Shown: positions 50,561 through 60,423, numbered from the stretch's first letter. The stretch: 64,000 nucleotides of DNA from Myxococcales bacterium (GCA_047601445.1 JASGJH010000001.1:3104001-3168000), one strand, 5' to 3'. The notes: generated by a model not told the origin, from the sequence alone. Numbers and translations are program-made.

Positions 50561-52546
50561 ATGACCCCCGAGCTCGAAGCCAAGCTCGACAACCTCCCTG
50601 CCGCGCCCGGCGTTTACCTGTTCAAGGGTAAAGGCGAGAGCGTGCTCTACGTGGGCAAGGCACGCAGCCTCAAGAGCCGCGTGCGCAGCTATTTCCAGGC
50701 TGGCAGCAGCGACACCCGTTTTTTCATCACGCGCCTCAACCGCGAGCTCGTCGACATCGAGACCGTGGTGGTCGGCACCGAGAAGGAAGCGGCGCTGCTC
50801 GAGAACACCCTGATCAAGCAGCACCAGCCTCGCTACAACGTGAAGCTGCGCGACGACAAGGAGTACCTCTCGTTGCGGCTCGACCCCAAGGCCGCCTGGC
50901 CGCGCCTCGAGGTGGTGCGGCGGCCCGCGCGCGATGGCGCTCTCTATTTCGGCCCCTACCACTCGGCCACCGCCGCGCGCCAAACCCTGCGCGTGGTCAA
51001 CCGTCACTTCCAGCTCCGCACCTGCACCGATCACGATTTCGATTCACGGGTGCGCCCCTGCCTGCAGTATCAAATCAAGCGCTGCGCAGGCCCCTGCGTG
51101 TTCGAGGTCGACCGCGCGCGCTACGGCGAACAGGTGCAGGACGTGGCGATGTTCCTGGACGGCCGCCACGACGAGCTGTCTCATCTGCTCGAGCAACGCA
51201 TGAAAGACGCCGCCGCCACGCTCGACTACGAGCGCGCCGCCGAGCACCGCGATCAGCTGCGTGCCATCGAGCGCGTTCGCGAGCAGAACCGGGTCGCGCT
51301 GGTACAGACCAGCGACGAAGACGTGATCGGTCTATTCCGCCAGGCCGATCAGGCCGAGGTGGCCGTGCTGCAGATTCGGGCGGGCAAGCTGACCTCGGTG
51401 CGCACCTTCGGACTCAAGGACGTGAGCGCCCCGGACGACGAGGTGTGCGCCCAGTTCGTGGCCGAGTACTACGCCCCTGGCAGCTTCATCCCGGAGGAGG
51501 TCTGGCTGCCCCTCGAGGTCGAGGCCATGGACGGTCTGGCGGAGATGTTGGCCGAGCTGCGCGGCAAGAGCGTGCGCGTGCTCGCCCCCAAGAAGGGCCC
51601 GCGCGCCGAGCTCGTGCAGATGGCCCGCGACAACGCGAGCCATGCGTTCCGCGAGAAGCTGCGGGCGAGCGAGGACGTGCAGAGCCGGCTCGGCGCCCTC
51701 AAGGAGCGGCTGCGACTGCCCCGCCTGCCCTTGCGCATCGAGTGCGTCGACGTGTCGCACACTGCTGGCACCGACACGGTAGCCTCCATCGTGGCCCTCG
51801 AAGAGGCCCAACCGGATCGCAAGCGCTACCGCAGCTTCCACGTGAAGCGCGTGTCGGGAGGCGACGACTACAGTGCGATGTACGAGGTCCTTTCGCGCAG
51901 ATTCCGGCGTGGGCGCGAACGTGAAGCAGGCTGGGAGTTGCCGGACCTGTTGGTCGTGGACGGCGGTCGCGGACAGCTCAACGTGGCCCAGCAAGCGCTG
52001 AGGGATCTTGGCGTCGAAGATCTCCCGCTCGCTGCCCTGGCCAAGGAAAAGCCCAATGTGCTCGGCGAGAAATTGGTCGACCGCGTCTACCTGCCTGGCC
52101 AGAAGAACCCCATCGAACTGCGCGAAAACCACGCGGCACTCGGCATCCTGGCGCTCGCGCGCGACGAGGCGCACCGCGCCAGCAACGCCTTGCGCACCAA
52201 GCTCGGCAAACGCCGACGCATCAAGAGCAAGCTCGACGAAGTGCCCGGCATCGGCCCCAAGACGCGCGCTCGCCTACTCAAGGCATTCGGCTCGGTGCGC
52301 TCCATCGAAGAAGCCGACGCCGCAGCCCTGCGCGCAGCGGGTGCCACGCATCAACAGGCGGCGGCCATCCTGCGCACGTTCCACGGACCGTTGCTACCGA
52401 GCGAGGCCAACGCGCCGGTGGACCCCGCGTTGGGAGAGCGAGCCGTGGAGCTGCCAAGCGAGGACGAGAGCACGAGCGAGACCGAACGCAGCGCGGAAGA
52501 CGACGCCGTGCAGAACGCGTTCTCGCGCGACGACGACGGCGCCTGA
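50561..52546 (+). CDS. uvrC: Excinuclease ABC subunit C
   Basis: GIY-YIG (PGVYLF, YVGKA), FGPY, Cys cluster, UVR, RNaseH-like (IECVDVSH, VVDGGRGQ), HhH. Confidence 0.97.
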   Translation: MTPELEAKLDNLPAAPGVYLFKGKGESVLYVGKARSLKSRVRSYFQAGSSDTRFFITRLNRELVDIETVVVGTEKEAALLENTLIKQHQPRYNVKLRDDKEYLSLRLDPKAAWPRLEVVRRPARDGALYFGPYHSATAARQTLRVVNRHFQLRTCTDHDFDSRVRPCLQYQIKRCAGPCVFEVDRARYGEQVQDVAMFLDGRHDELSHLLEQRMKDAAATLDYERAAEHRDQLRAIERVREQNRVALVQTSDEDVIGLFRQADQAEVAVLQIRAGKLTSVRTFGLKDVSAPDDEVCAQFVAEYYAPGSFIPEEVWLPLEVEAMDGLAEMLAELRGKSVRVLAPKKGPRAELVQMARDNASHAFREKLRASEDVQSRLGALKERLRLPRLPLRIECVDVSHTAGTDTVASIVALEEAQPDRKRYRSFHVKRVSGGDDYSAMYEVLSRRFRRGREREAGWELPDLLVVDGGRGQLNVAQQALRDLGVEDLPLAALAKEKPNVLGEKLVDRVYLPGQKNPIELRENHAALGILALARDEAHRASNALRTKLGKRRRIKSKLDEVPGIGPKTRARLLKAFGSVRSIEEADAAALRAAGATHQQAAAILRTFHGPLLPSEANAPVDPALGERAVELPSEDESTSETERSAEDDAVQNAFSRDDDGA

Positions 52547-52575
52547 TTTTCGTTTCGCGCTGAAATTGGCGGGCG

Positions 52576-52581
52576 TACAAT
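52576..52581 (+). promoter_or_regulatory. Putative -10 element for the OMP-FecR-kinase operon
   Basis: TACAAT in an AT-richer gap after uvrC. Confidence 0.4.
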
Positions 52582-52599
52582 CGCACTCGAGCCCTTCGA

Positions 52600-54216
52600 T
52601 TGGCATCGCGAAGCGTCAGCGTCGTATCGTTGCTGTTCTTCGGACTCGCCTGCGCACTGCAGGCCGGCGTGCTCTCGTCGCGCACGCGAGCACAACGTGA
52701 GGACGCCACGCAGTCTCCAATCGGAGGCATCGCTGCCAACGGTTTGTGCGGCACGGTGTACGCCGAGTTCCCGCGCTGTCCGGCCTACCTGGCGAGCGCC
52801 GCCGCCAGCGCCGGCTACGGCTTCACCGAATCACTCGGACCGACCGCAGGCTCCCATCGACGGATCGCCGGTAGCGTCGCTGTCGCCTTGATCCCGCTCG
52901 ATTGGCTGGGCCTGTCTCTGCGCCTCGACGGCCGCTACGACCGCCACCCACCCGATGCGGATGGCCCCGACAGCACGATGGTGGGAGACCCGCGCGTGCA
53001 GCTGCGCGTGGGCCGCGCGCTCTCGAGAGCCAAGCTCGCAGGCGGTGCGTCTCGAGATGTGTGGTCGCTCGGAGCGAGCAGCGTGCTGTGGATCCCCGGT
53101 ACCCGAGCTCCTTCGCTCGATCTCGCTGCCACCAGCTTGGACCTGAAGGTCTTGGCCTCCTACCGCCCACCCGCGACGCGCTGGGCGCTGATCGCCAACC
53201 TGGGCTATCGCATCGACCACAGCAGCGCGAGTGCCCCGCATGATCTGCGGCGCCTGCGCGATGGCGATCGGGTGTCTCTCAATCTGAGCGACTCGGACGC
53301 ACTGTTGATGGCCCTGGCGGGAACCTGGCGCGGGGGGCAACGGCTCGAAGGTTTCTTGGAAGCCTCCGCCGACGTCTTGCTGGGTCCGCGCGCTCCGGAC
53401 GTTCGTAAGTCGCCGCTGCGCGTGAGCCTGGGAGCTCGCTACCATGTCTCGGCCAGCCTCCAGCTCGAGTCCTCCCTGAGCGTGAGCTTGAGCCAACGCC
53501 CGAGCCTGGCCGCGAGCGCCCCCCTGGCCCCCATCGATCCGCGTGCCTATCTGAGCTTGGGTCTTCGCTACGGCCACGCGGCTCACCCCGTTGCAGGCAG
53601 CCCGAGGTCCAACCACTCACCCGCGCCGCCCCCCCAGGCCGAGGCCCCCGCGCCGGTCGCGTCCCTGCAAGCACAGCTCGCCCCGCCGCCCTCCCCTCAA
53701 GTATCCCTGGAGACCACATTGTCAGGTGTGGTCCTCGATGCCGACGCGGCCCCGTTGCCCGAGGCGCGCGTGGTGCTCAAGGTCGATGGGTCCACGCGGG
53801 AGTTCATCAGCGACGGCCAGGGCCGCTATGCCTTCCCTCGAACGCCGTTCGGTTCCGTCGAGCTGCAGATCTCGGCGGCCGGCTTCGTGACGCAGGACCT
53901 GAAGGTCGCGCTGGGTCCCGAGACGGCGCCGCTCGAGGTTCACATGATCGAGGCCGTGAGTCAGACCGGGCTGCTCCGTTGTGTGACGCGCACGTTCGGG
54001 AGCGATGCCCTGCGCGCCAGTATCTCGGTGCGCTCAGCGGACGGGAGCGAGGTCGCCAAAGGTGAGTCCGACGAGCAGGGGCTGTACGAGATCCAGCTCC
54101 CACCTGGGTCCTATCAAGTTATCATCACCGCAGCAGGCTACCGCCCGCATCGTCGCACCGTCAGCGTTTCGACCAACGGCGTCGCGATCTTGAACTTGGA
54201 CATGCGCGAACTGTAA
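52600..54216 (+). CDS. Outer-membrane beta-barrel with Pro-rich linker and two carboxypeptidase-regulatory-like domains
   Basis: Signal-like N-terminus, strand pattern (GYGFTE...LGLRY), SDGQGRY and SDEQGLY...PGSY..AAGY repeats. Start uncertain. Confidence 0.68.
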   Translation: MASRSVSVVSLLFFGLACALQAGVLSSRTRAQREDATQSPIGGIAANGLCGTVYAEFPRCPAYLASAAASAGYGFTESLGPTAGSHRRIAGSVAVALIPLDWLGLSLRLDGRYDRHPPDADGPDSTMVGDPRVQLRVGRALSRAKLAGGASRDVWSLGASSVLWIPGTRAPSLDLAATSLDLKVLASYRPPATRWALIANLGYRIDHSSASAPHDLRRLRDGDRVSLNLSDSDALLMALAGTWRGGQRLEGFLEASADVLLGPRAPDVRKSPLRVSLGARYHVSASLQLESSLSVSLSQRPSLAASAPLAPIDPRAYLSLGLRYGHAAHPVAGSPRSNHSPAPPPQAEAPAPVASLQAQLAPPPSPQVSLETTLSGVVLDADAAPLPEARVVLKVDGSTREFISDGQGRYAFPRTPFGSVELQISAAGFVTQDLKVALGPETAPLEVHMIEAVSQTGLLRCVTRTFGSDALRASISVRSADGSEVAKGESDEQGLYEIQLPPGSYQVIITAAGYRPHRRTVSVSTNGVAILNLDMREL

Positions 54217-54235
54217 AAGCAAAGCGCCCGAAAGC

Positions 54236-56149
54236 TTGGGTTACGTGGTGTTACGTTCGAACTTCGCTCTTGTGATCTTGCTCGTAGTGCTGGGATGGGC
54301 CGTGAGCTTCAGCGGCTGCGGCAGCTGTCACGACGAACCGCCTGCCGTGGCCACGCTGATCGAGGCCAAGGGTCCCGGCGTGGAGCGCGACTTCGCCGCC
54401 CAGATCCATGACTGGCAGATCGCCCAGGTGGGCGCGCACTTTGGGCTCGGAGACGGGGTACGCACCGGGAACCAGGCCGCCGCTCGCCTCACCCTGATGG
54501 ACCAGACCCAGCTGCAGCTCGCGCAGAACACCACCCTGCGCTTCATGGTCGATCAGGCCCAAGCGGGAGAGCAGGCCATCAACGTCGAAGCGGGCGCCGT
54601 GTCCATGCGCGTCGGCCAAAAGGACCTGATGCTGCGCACGCAGATCGGCCTGGCCAAGCTGGTCGCGGGCACCGAGATCACGCTGCGCAGGTCCGGCGAC
54701 GAACTGGACTACGACGTCGCGCTCGGTGAGGCCCAGTTCCGAACCGCCAGCGGAGAGTACAAGGTGCTCAAAGCGGGCGAGAGCCTGGAGGTCGGCATCG
54801 GAATGGCCGTGTTCTCCAAGGCCGAACCGCCGACCGATCCTGTGGTGGAGCCGATCGATCCTGGGGCCATCGTGGCCACGGTGAAGGGCAAGGGCGCACG
54901 CTCGCGCCAAGCCGGAGGCACCTGGACGCCGCTCGCGGCGGGTCAACATGAGCTGGCCCCCGGCACCGAGCTGCGCCTGGGGCGCGGTGACCGCGCCGAC
55001 GTGAGCCGGGGCGATCAGCGCGCCAACCTGCGCGGTTCGGGCGAGTTCGTGGTCGGCTCGGGCGCCGCCCTGGTGGAAGCTCGCACCGGCGACCTCACCC
55101 TGGTTGCAGACCAACAAGATCTGCAGGTGCTCGTGCCCGGAGGCTCCATCGTGGTGCGCGGCGGCAAGGGTGGCAGCGAGGCCGTGGTGAGCATCGGAGA
55201 GGACGATGCGAACATCGCCCTCAAAAAAGGCGCCGCCTCCGTCGACATTCTGGGCATGCAGCGCGAGCTCGAAGCGGGCGAGCAGCACAAGTGGGAGAAC
55301 CCCAACGCCGAGGGCGCCGAGAAGCCCATCGTCGCCGAGGCCACCTACTTCAACCTGGGAACGCGCGCGGGTGAGTCGTTCGTGCTGCACGCACCCGAGG
55401 TCCCCGCAGCGGTGCACTTCGATTTCGGCGGGCGTTGCCCCGGCGAAGGCGTGATCGAACTCACAGGACCACGAACCCGGACGCGCGGTAAGGGCGCCGC
55501 CAACGTGGTGATCCCAGCCATCGCGACCCCATACACCTTGCGCTGCTTCGACGAGAGCGGTGGTCTCGGCAAGGTCGTCGCGCGCGGCACCGTGCAGGTG
55601 CTCAACGACGCGGGCACACGACGCTTACCAGCCAAGGCCCCGACGTCCTTCGTTGAGGCAGACGGGCGCACGTACACCATCTACTACCAGAACCAACTGC
55701 CGGAGATCAGCGTGCGTTGGCCGAACGCCCCGGCGGGGAGCGCCTTCGATCTCATCGTCGATGGACAGCCCACGCGGGTCGCCCGCGCCGAGCACTTGTT
55801 CACCTCCGGAAGCCTCAAGGATGGATCACACCAGCTGAGCTTTCAGGCCGGCGACAGACGTTCGCGCACGACCACGGTGGAAGTGCGTTTCGACAATGCG
55901 GCGCCAAAAGCGAGCCTGACCAGCCCGATAGATCGGGGCTTTAAGCCAGGAGATACGGTTACAATCGAGGGCGTGGCACTCGAGACCTGGAAAGTCAGCG
56001 TCGAAGGCGGACGCGTCAGCGTGGACGCCGATGATCGCTTCGTCGGTCAGGTAGCGAGTGCCGCGGACCGACCCGACATCGCGGTGCGACTCGCGCACCC
56101 ACGCTTGGGCGTTCACTACTATCTGAGGCGTGCCGCTGGATCCCCATGA
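54236..56149 (+). CDS. FecR-domain exported/membrane protein (two FecR-like repeats plus Ig-like domains)
   Basis: N-terminal hydrophobic segment with FSGC, GDGVRTG..AAARLTL..T.L.L..NT FecR pattern. Start uncertain. Confidence 0.7.
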   Translation: MGYVVLRSNFALVILLVVLGWAVSFSGCGSCHDEPPAVATLIEAKGPGVERDFAAQIHDWQIAQVGAHFGLGDGVRTGNQAAARLTLMDQTQLQLAQNTTLRFMVDQAQAGEQAINVEAGAVSMRVGQKDLMLRTQIGLAKLVAGTEITLRRSGDELDYDVALGEAQFRTASGEYKVLKAGESLEVGIGMAVFSKAEPPTDPVVEPIDPGAIVATVKGKGARSRQAGGTWTPLAAGQHELAPGTELRLGRGDRADVSRGDQRANLRGSGEFVVGSGAALVEARTGDLTLVADQQDLQVLVPGGSIVVRGGKGGSEAVVSIGEDDANIALKKGAASVDILGMQRELEAGEQHKWENPNAEGAEKPIVAEATYFNLGTRAGESFVLHAPEVPAAVHFDFGGRCPGEGVIELTGPRTRTRGKGAANVVIPAIATPYTLRCFDESGGLGKVVARGTVQVLNDAGTRRLPAKAPTSFVEADGRTYTIYYQNQLPEISVRWPNAPAGSAFDLIVDGQPTRVARAEHLFTSGSLKDGSHQLSFQAGDRRSRTTTVEVRFDNAAPKASLTSPIDRGFKPGDTVTIEGVALETWKVSVEGGRVSVDADDRFVGQVASAADRPDIAVRLAHPRLGVHYYLRRAAGSP

Positions 56150-58071
56150 GAACTGAGCCGTTGAGTTCGACCGAGAACCTCGTCGGGAGCGTATTGCTCG
56201 GTCGCTACCGCATTGTGCGCGAGCTTGCCAAGGGCGGCATGGGCGTGGTGTACCTCGCACGCGCGGAAGGTGCGGTCGGGTTCGTCAAGCCCGTGGTCGT
56301 GAAGCTGGTGTTGCCCGAGCATGCGAGCGACGAGCGCTATCTCGGCATGTTCGTGCGCGAGGCCCAGATTCTCTCCGGCTTGCGCCACCCGAGCATCGTG
56401 GACGTGATCGAGTTCGGCGAAGAGGCCGGCGGCTACGTCATGGTGCTCGAGTACGTCCGCGGTTACCACCTCGGGCAGTGGAGCAAGTACCTGCGCAAGA
56501 AGGGACGCGAGATCCCCACTGAGATCTTGCTCCTGCTGATGATCGACGTGCTCGAGGCGCTGCACAAGGCGCACAGCATGGTGCATCCGGACGGAACGCC
56601 GATGCACATCGTGCACCGCGACGTGTCTCCCTCGAACATCCTGCTCGACGACGACGGCCGCGCGCGCTTGCTCGACTTCGGCGTGGCCCGCATGCGCGGC
56701 GGCGGCGTGGACTATCAGACCCAGGTACGCAGCTTCGTCGGCAAGATCACCTACTCCGCGCCCGAGATGTTCGCGGGCGTCGAAGCGACGCCGCAGAGCG
56801 ACATCTACTCGTGCGGCGTGGTGCTGCACGAGATGATCTTCGGGCGCAACGTGTTCAGCGGGAAGAACCAGGCCGCTACCTTGAACCTGGTGCTCAACCA
56901 CACGCCCGAGGCGGTGGAGGACCTGCGCCCGGGTATCCCCGCGGGGCTCGACGCCATCCTGCGCAAGGCGATGGCCAAGAACCCCGAAGACCGCTTCGAG
57001 AGCGCGCGCGACTTCGCGCTGGCGCTGCGCGGACTGCAGCGTGAGTACGAGAGCGAGCTGCGTGCCCACTTCGCCGGCTTGCTCAAGAACGACTTCGGCG
57101 AAGAGATGGCGCGCCTGCTCGGCATCGAATCGCTGAGTGCACGCGACGACGCCTGGCGGCGGCTGAGCCTGCCTCCGGCACCCACGGACAACGATCAGCG
57201 CACGATGGCGGTCGACTTCGAGGAAGCCCTGGGACAGGAGGTCCCGTCGGCGGCCTCGGTGCCGGGCCTCGGTCGTCCGCGCCAACTGACGGGCCGCAAC
57301 TCCGCCGTGGCGCTCACGCCAAGCCCCAGTACGGAGCACACGGTGCGACGCCCGACCGGACGCACTGGATCGCATCCGATTCCGACCGGACGTACGGGCG
57401 CGCATCAAGCGGTCAACATGGGACGCAGCGGCGGCTACGCGGTGCCGCCCGTCATGCCCGAGCCGCCACCCATGAATCGCGTGTCCACGGAGACCAACCT
57501 GCAAGCAGCGCCCGCGCCGGCTTCGGGCTCGAGTAAGTGGCTGTTCTTGGCGCTCGGTGTGGTCGGTTCGCTGGCGGTGGTGGCCATCGCGCTGTCCCTC
57601 ACGCGCAGTCAGACGCCCGCGCCCAGCATGCCGCCCATCCGCGTGGTCGCCGAATCCACACCCGCACAAGCGCCGGTGGTGCAAGCGCAGCCGCAGGAAG
57701 AGACCACGACCGGGCGCACCGAGGCGCCGACGCAGCCCGAAGAGACTACGCGCAAGCCGAGGAAGCCCGCGGCGGCGACCGAGCCGGACCCGGCCGGACT
57801 CACCAAGGCGTTTCGCAAGCAGCAGGGCAAGATCGAGGAGTGCTTCAAGACGCACACCGCGGGGGTCCAGGGCATGCCGCGCATGCAGCTCGGGTTCGAT
57901 CTCGACGCGAGCGGCAAGATCCTCAGGGTGAACGCGGAGCCTGCCGGCATCGCCAGCACTCCGCTCGGCAAGTGCTTGCAGGACGTGGGCAAGGCGACGC
58001 GCTTCCCGGGACAAGGGCAGCCCGTGTCGTTCGCCATCCCCATCACCGCGAGCCGCGGCGCAGGCGGTTGA
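56146..58071 (+). CDS. Membrane Ser/Thr kinase with periplasmic AgmX/PglI (TonB-C-like) domain
   Basis: KGGMGVVY, VVK, HRDVSPSN, DFG, APE, TM helix, IEECF...LGKCL...RFP...SFAIPI. Confidence 0.9.
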   Translation: MRTEPLSSTENLVGSVLLGRYRIVRELAKGGMGVVYLARAEGAVGFVKPVVVKLVLPEHASDERYLGMFVREAQILSGLRHPSIVDVIEFGEEAGGYVMVLEYVRGYHLGQWSKYLRKKGREIPTEILLLLMIDVLEALHKAHSMVHPDGTPMHIVHRDVSPSNILLDDDGRARLLDFGVARMRGGGVDYQTQVRSFVGKITYSAPEMFAGVEATPQSDIYSCGVVLHEMIFGRNVFSGKNQAATLNLVLNHTPEAVEDLRPGIPAGLDAILRKAMAKNPEDRFESARDFALALRGLQREYESELRAHFAGLLKNDFGEEMARLLGIESLSARDDAWRRLSLPPAPTDNDQRTMAVDFEEALGQEVPSAASVPGLGRPRQLTGRNSAVALTPSPSTEHTVRRPTGRTGSHPIPTGRTGAHQAVNMGRSGGYAVPPVMPEPPPMNRVSTETNLQAAPAPASGSSKWLFLALGVVGSLAVVAIALSLTRSQTPAPSMPPIRVVAESTPAQAPVVQAQPQEETTTGRTEAPTQPEETTRKPRKPAAATEPDPAGLTKAFRKQQGKIEECFKTHTAGVQGMPRMQLGFDLDASGKILRVNAEPAGIASTPLGKCLQDVGKATRFPGQGQPVSFAIPITASRGAGG

Positions 58072-58108
58072 ACGACGCGCGATCACCTGCGTGATCGCGC
58101 GTCGGCTT

Positions 58109-59554
58109 TCAGCGCAAGCCGTACTTGGCCAGGCGTCGCAGCATCTGATAGCGCGACATGCCGACGGTGCGCGCGGCGCGCGAGACGTTGCCGCCCGACT
58201 GCTCCAGCGCTTCCACCAACTTGAGGCGCTCCTGATCCGCGTGACGCTCGCGGATCACACCGAGCGAGGGCGGCGGAGCGTTGCCAGCCAGTCGAAGCTG
58301 GTTGCCGAACTGGGCGACCCCTGTCGACACGAGGCCACTACGCGGAGCGTTCGATCCGTAGCCGGAACGCCCCTGGGTCTCCGCGCGATAGCGCATCAAC
58401 ACCGGGAAGTCGTCGAGGTTGAGCGTGTCGTCCTCACGATGAAGCCAGAGCGCCTCATCGATCATCGCACACAGCTCACGCAGGTTGCCCGGGAACGGAT
58501 AGGTCGAGAGTGCCTCGCGCACCTCGGCGGACAGAATCGGCCGGTTGCGCCCGTGCGCTCGCGCGCGCTGGGTCGCGTACCGATCGGCCAGCAAGAACAC
58601 GTCCTCACCGCGATCCTTGAGCGGAGGAACCTCGAGCATCATTCCCTCGAGGCGCTGGCGAAGGTCCGCACGGAAGCGTCCCTCCTCCACGGCCTGCGCG
58701 AGATCTCGCGAGGTCGCCGCCACCACACGCGCGGTGAACTTGCGCGACGTGGTGCCGCCGGCGCGCACGTACTCGCCTTCCTCGAGCAGACGCAGGAGCT
58801 TCTGCTGCAAGGACGCGTCGAGCTCGGTGACCTCGTCGAGGAAGAGCGTGCCCCCCTGCACGGCTTCCACGCGACCCGGACGCGCGGCGGCGCCCGGGTT
58901 GCTCGCGCTCGGCTCCTGGCCGAACAGCTCGACGTCGAGCTGCGACGGCGCGACGCTCACACAGTCCACACCGACGAAGGGCTCGCTGGAGCGCTTCGAG
59001 CGGAAGTGCACTGCCCGCGCCAGGACACCCTTGCCAACGCCGCTTTCTCCCGTGATGAGGAGTGCGGTGTCGTCGGCGCCGGCCAAGCCGTCGAGGCGTG
59101 ACCTGAGGCGTTCCATGGCGGGACTATCGCCGAGCAGCGTGAATTCGATTTTCGGTGACCACTCCGCTTGCGCTTCCGCCACCAGGCGACGCAAGAGGGC
59201 GTGTTCGATGGCGCGCTCCACGCGCAAGAACAGCGCGCGTGGCTCGGCACCACGGTCCACGGAATCGAATGCTCCCTGATTCAGGGACTGCTCGTGCGAA
59301 CCGGCATTTTCGCCGATCAGCACGAACACGCTCTGACCGAGCTGCGACCGCAGCTCGTCCATCAACGCTAGCCCCGAGCCGTCTGGAAGGCGCTCACTCA
59401 GCACAATTACGTCGGGTGAGAAGGAACTCACGCGCGTCCTTGCACTTGCGGCGTCACTTACTGTGACCACTTCGTGCCCCCCGCTGCTCGCTTCGCGCGC
59501 AAGCAAGGTGGCAGCCCCGACATCACTGTCGATGATGAGTACTCTGGCGGACAT
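58109..59554 (-). CDS. Atypical NtrC-like enhancer-binding protein (pseudo-receiver, no GAFTGA)
   Basis: GESGVGK, TLFLDEV, PGNLREL, Fis-type HTH (GNVSRAA..GMSR). Confidence 0.88.
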   Translation of the reverse strand: MSARVLIIDSDVGAATLLAREASSGGHEVVTVSDAASARTRVSSFSPDVIVLSERLPDGSGLALMDELRSQLGQSVFVLIGENAGSHEQSLNQGAFDSVDRGAEPRALFLRVERAIEHALLRRLVAEAQAEWSPKIEFTLLGDSPAMERLRSRLDGLAGADDTALLITGESGVGKGVLARAVHFRSKRSSEPFVGVDCVSVAPSQLDVELFGQEPSASNPGAAARPGRVEAVQGGTLFLDEVTELDASLQQKLLRLLEEGEYVRAGGTTSRKFTARVVAATSRDLAQAVEEGRFRADLRQRLEGMMLEVPPLKDRGEDVFLLADRYATQRARAHGRNRPILSAEVREALSTYPFPGNLRELCAMIDEALWLHREDDTLNLDDFPVLMRYRAETQGRSGYGSNAPRSGLVSTGVAQFGNQLRLAGNAPPPSLGVIRERHADQERLKLVEALEQSGGNVSRAARTVGMSRYQMLRRLAKYGLR

Positions 59555-59611
59555 AACGACGCTCGAGCGCAACTACCTTCCGCCTCCCCCAACGTGCGGA
59601 ACCGCGCTCGC

Positions 59612-60229
59612 CTATCGCTCACACACTAGCATGCGTCGCTCAGTCGCCAGGTGATCGACGGGCACATCGTGCGTTGTCGCAGGGACTTCCGCGAGCAACT
59701 GAAGCTCAAAACAGAGGCCGACACGTACCGCATTCGGCAGCCCTGGCAGGAAGCGATCGTAATAGCCCTGCCCAAATCCGAGACGTTGTCCCCACGTGTC
59801 GAAGGCAAGCCCTGGAACGAGCACCAAGTCCACACTCGTAAGCTCGATTGCCTGCGCGGTTTCACGCGGCTCTTTCACCATGAAATGCGTTTCCACGAGC
59901 TCGTCGCCAGGTTCGTAGCGCGCGAGCTCCAACGTTCCCGTGTTGGCGACGAAGCGCGGCAATCCGACAATCTTTCCGAGCGCACAAGCCCGCTCCACGA
60001 GCGCACGCGGATCGATCTCGAAGCGCAGCGCGGAGTACGCCGCTACCACCTTGGCGCGCTTAAAATTTCCGCTTTCGATCAGCTGCTCGCACATCGCGAG
60101 CGAGAAGCGCTGTCGAGTCTCGGCCACGAGGGTTCGACGCAGTGCGGCGACGCGTCGACGAAGCTCTTCCTTCGCCGCGACTCGGAGGGCTTCGATCTGT
60201 TCGGGGGAGTAACCAGGTATTTCGGTCAT
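59612..60229 (-). CDS. ygfA: 5-formyltetrahydrofolate cyclo-ligase
   Basis: KEELR, LVLVPGLAFD..GQRLGFGQGYYDRFL, HDVPVD. Confidence 0.95.
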   Translation of the reverse strand: MTEIPGYSPEQIEALRVAAKEELRRRVAALRRTLVAETRQRFSLAMCEQLIESGNFKRAKVVAAYSALRFEIDPRALVERACALGKIVGLPRFVANTGTLELARYEPGDELVETHFMVKEPRETAQAIELTSVDLVLVPGLAFDTWGQRLGFGQGYYDRFLPGLPNAVRVGLCFELQLLAEVPATTHDVPVDHLATERRMLVCER

Positions 60230-60253
60230 GGGCGCAGTCGCTCGAGTGTGTGC

Positions 60254-60423
60254 AGCGCTCGCTCAGGCGTCGAGCGGGTAACGCTCGCTAAGCATCGAGC
60301 GGGTCGCGCTCGCTAGCATCGAGCGGGTAGCGCTCGCCAACATCGCGCGGGTAGCGCTCGCCGACATCGAGCGGGTAGCGCTCGTTAGCATCGCGCGGGT
60401 AGCGCTCGCTAGGCATCGAGCGG
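60254..60423. repeat. Tandem array of six 24-25 bp palindrome-containing repeats plus partial copies
   Basis: Units start at 60268, 60293, 60317, 60341, 60365, 60389. Consensus CATCGAGCGGGTAGCGCTCGCTAG with internal CGAGCG/CGCTCG stem. Confidence 0.92.

Noticed and set aside
2329..58086. Long antisense ORFs (e.g. 2329-3753, 4024-5880, 10014-11726, 16663-18471, 31934-33814, 56119-58086)
   Set aside because: Shadow frames of real genes caused by high-GC codon bias, with no recognisable motifs.
60230..60408. Canonical 6S RNA call from synteny
   Set aside because: The sequence is a short-period tandem repeat with no recognisable 6S central bubble. It cannot be supported without a covariance search.
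60254..60423. CRISPR array
   Set aside because: Units are directly adjacent with no unique spacers, and there are no cas genes in the window.
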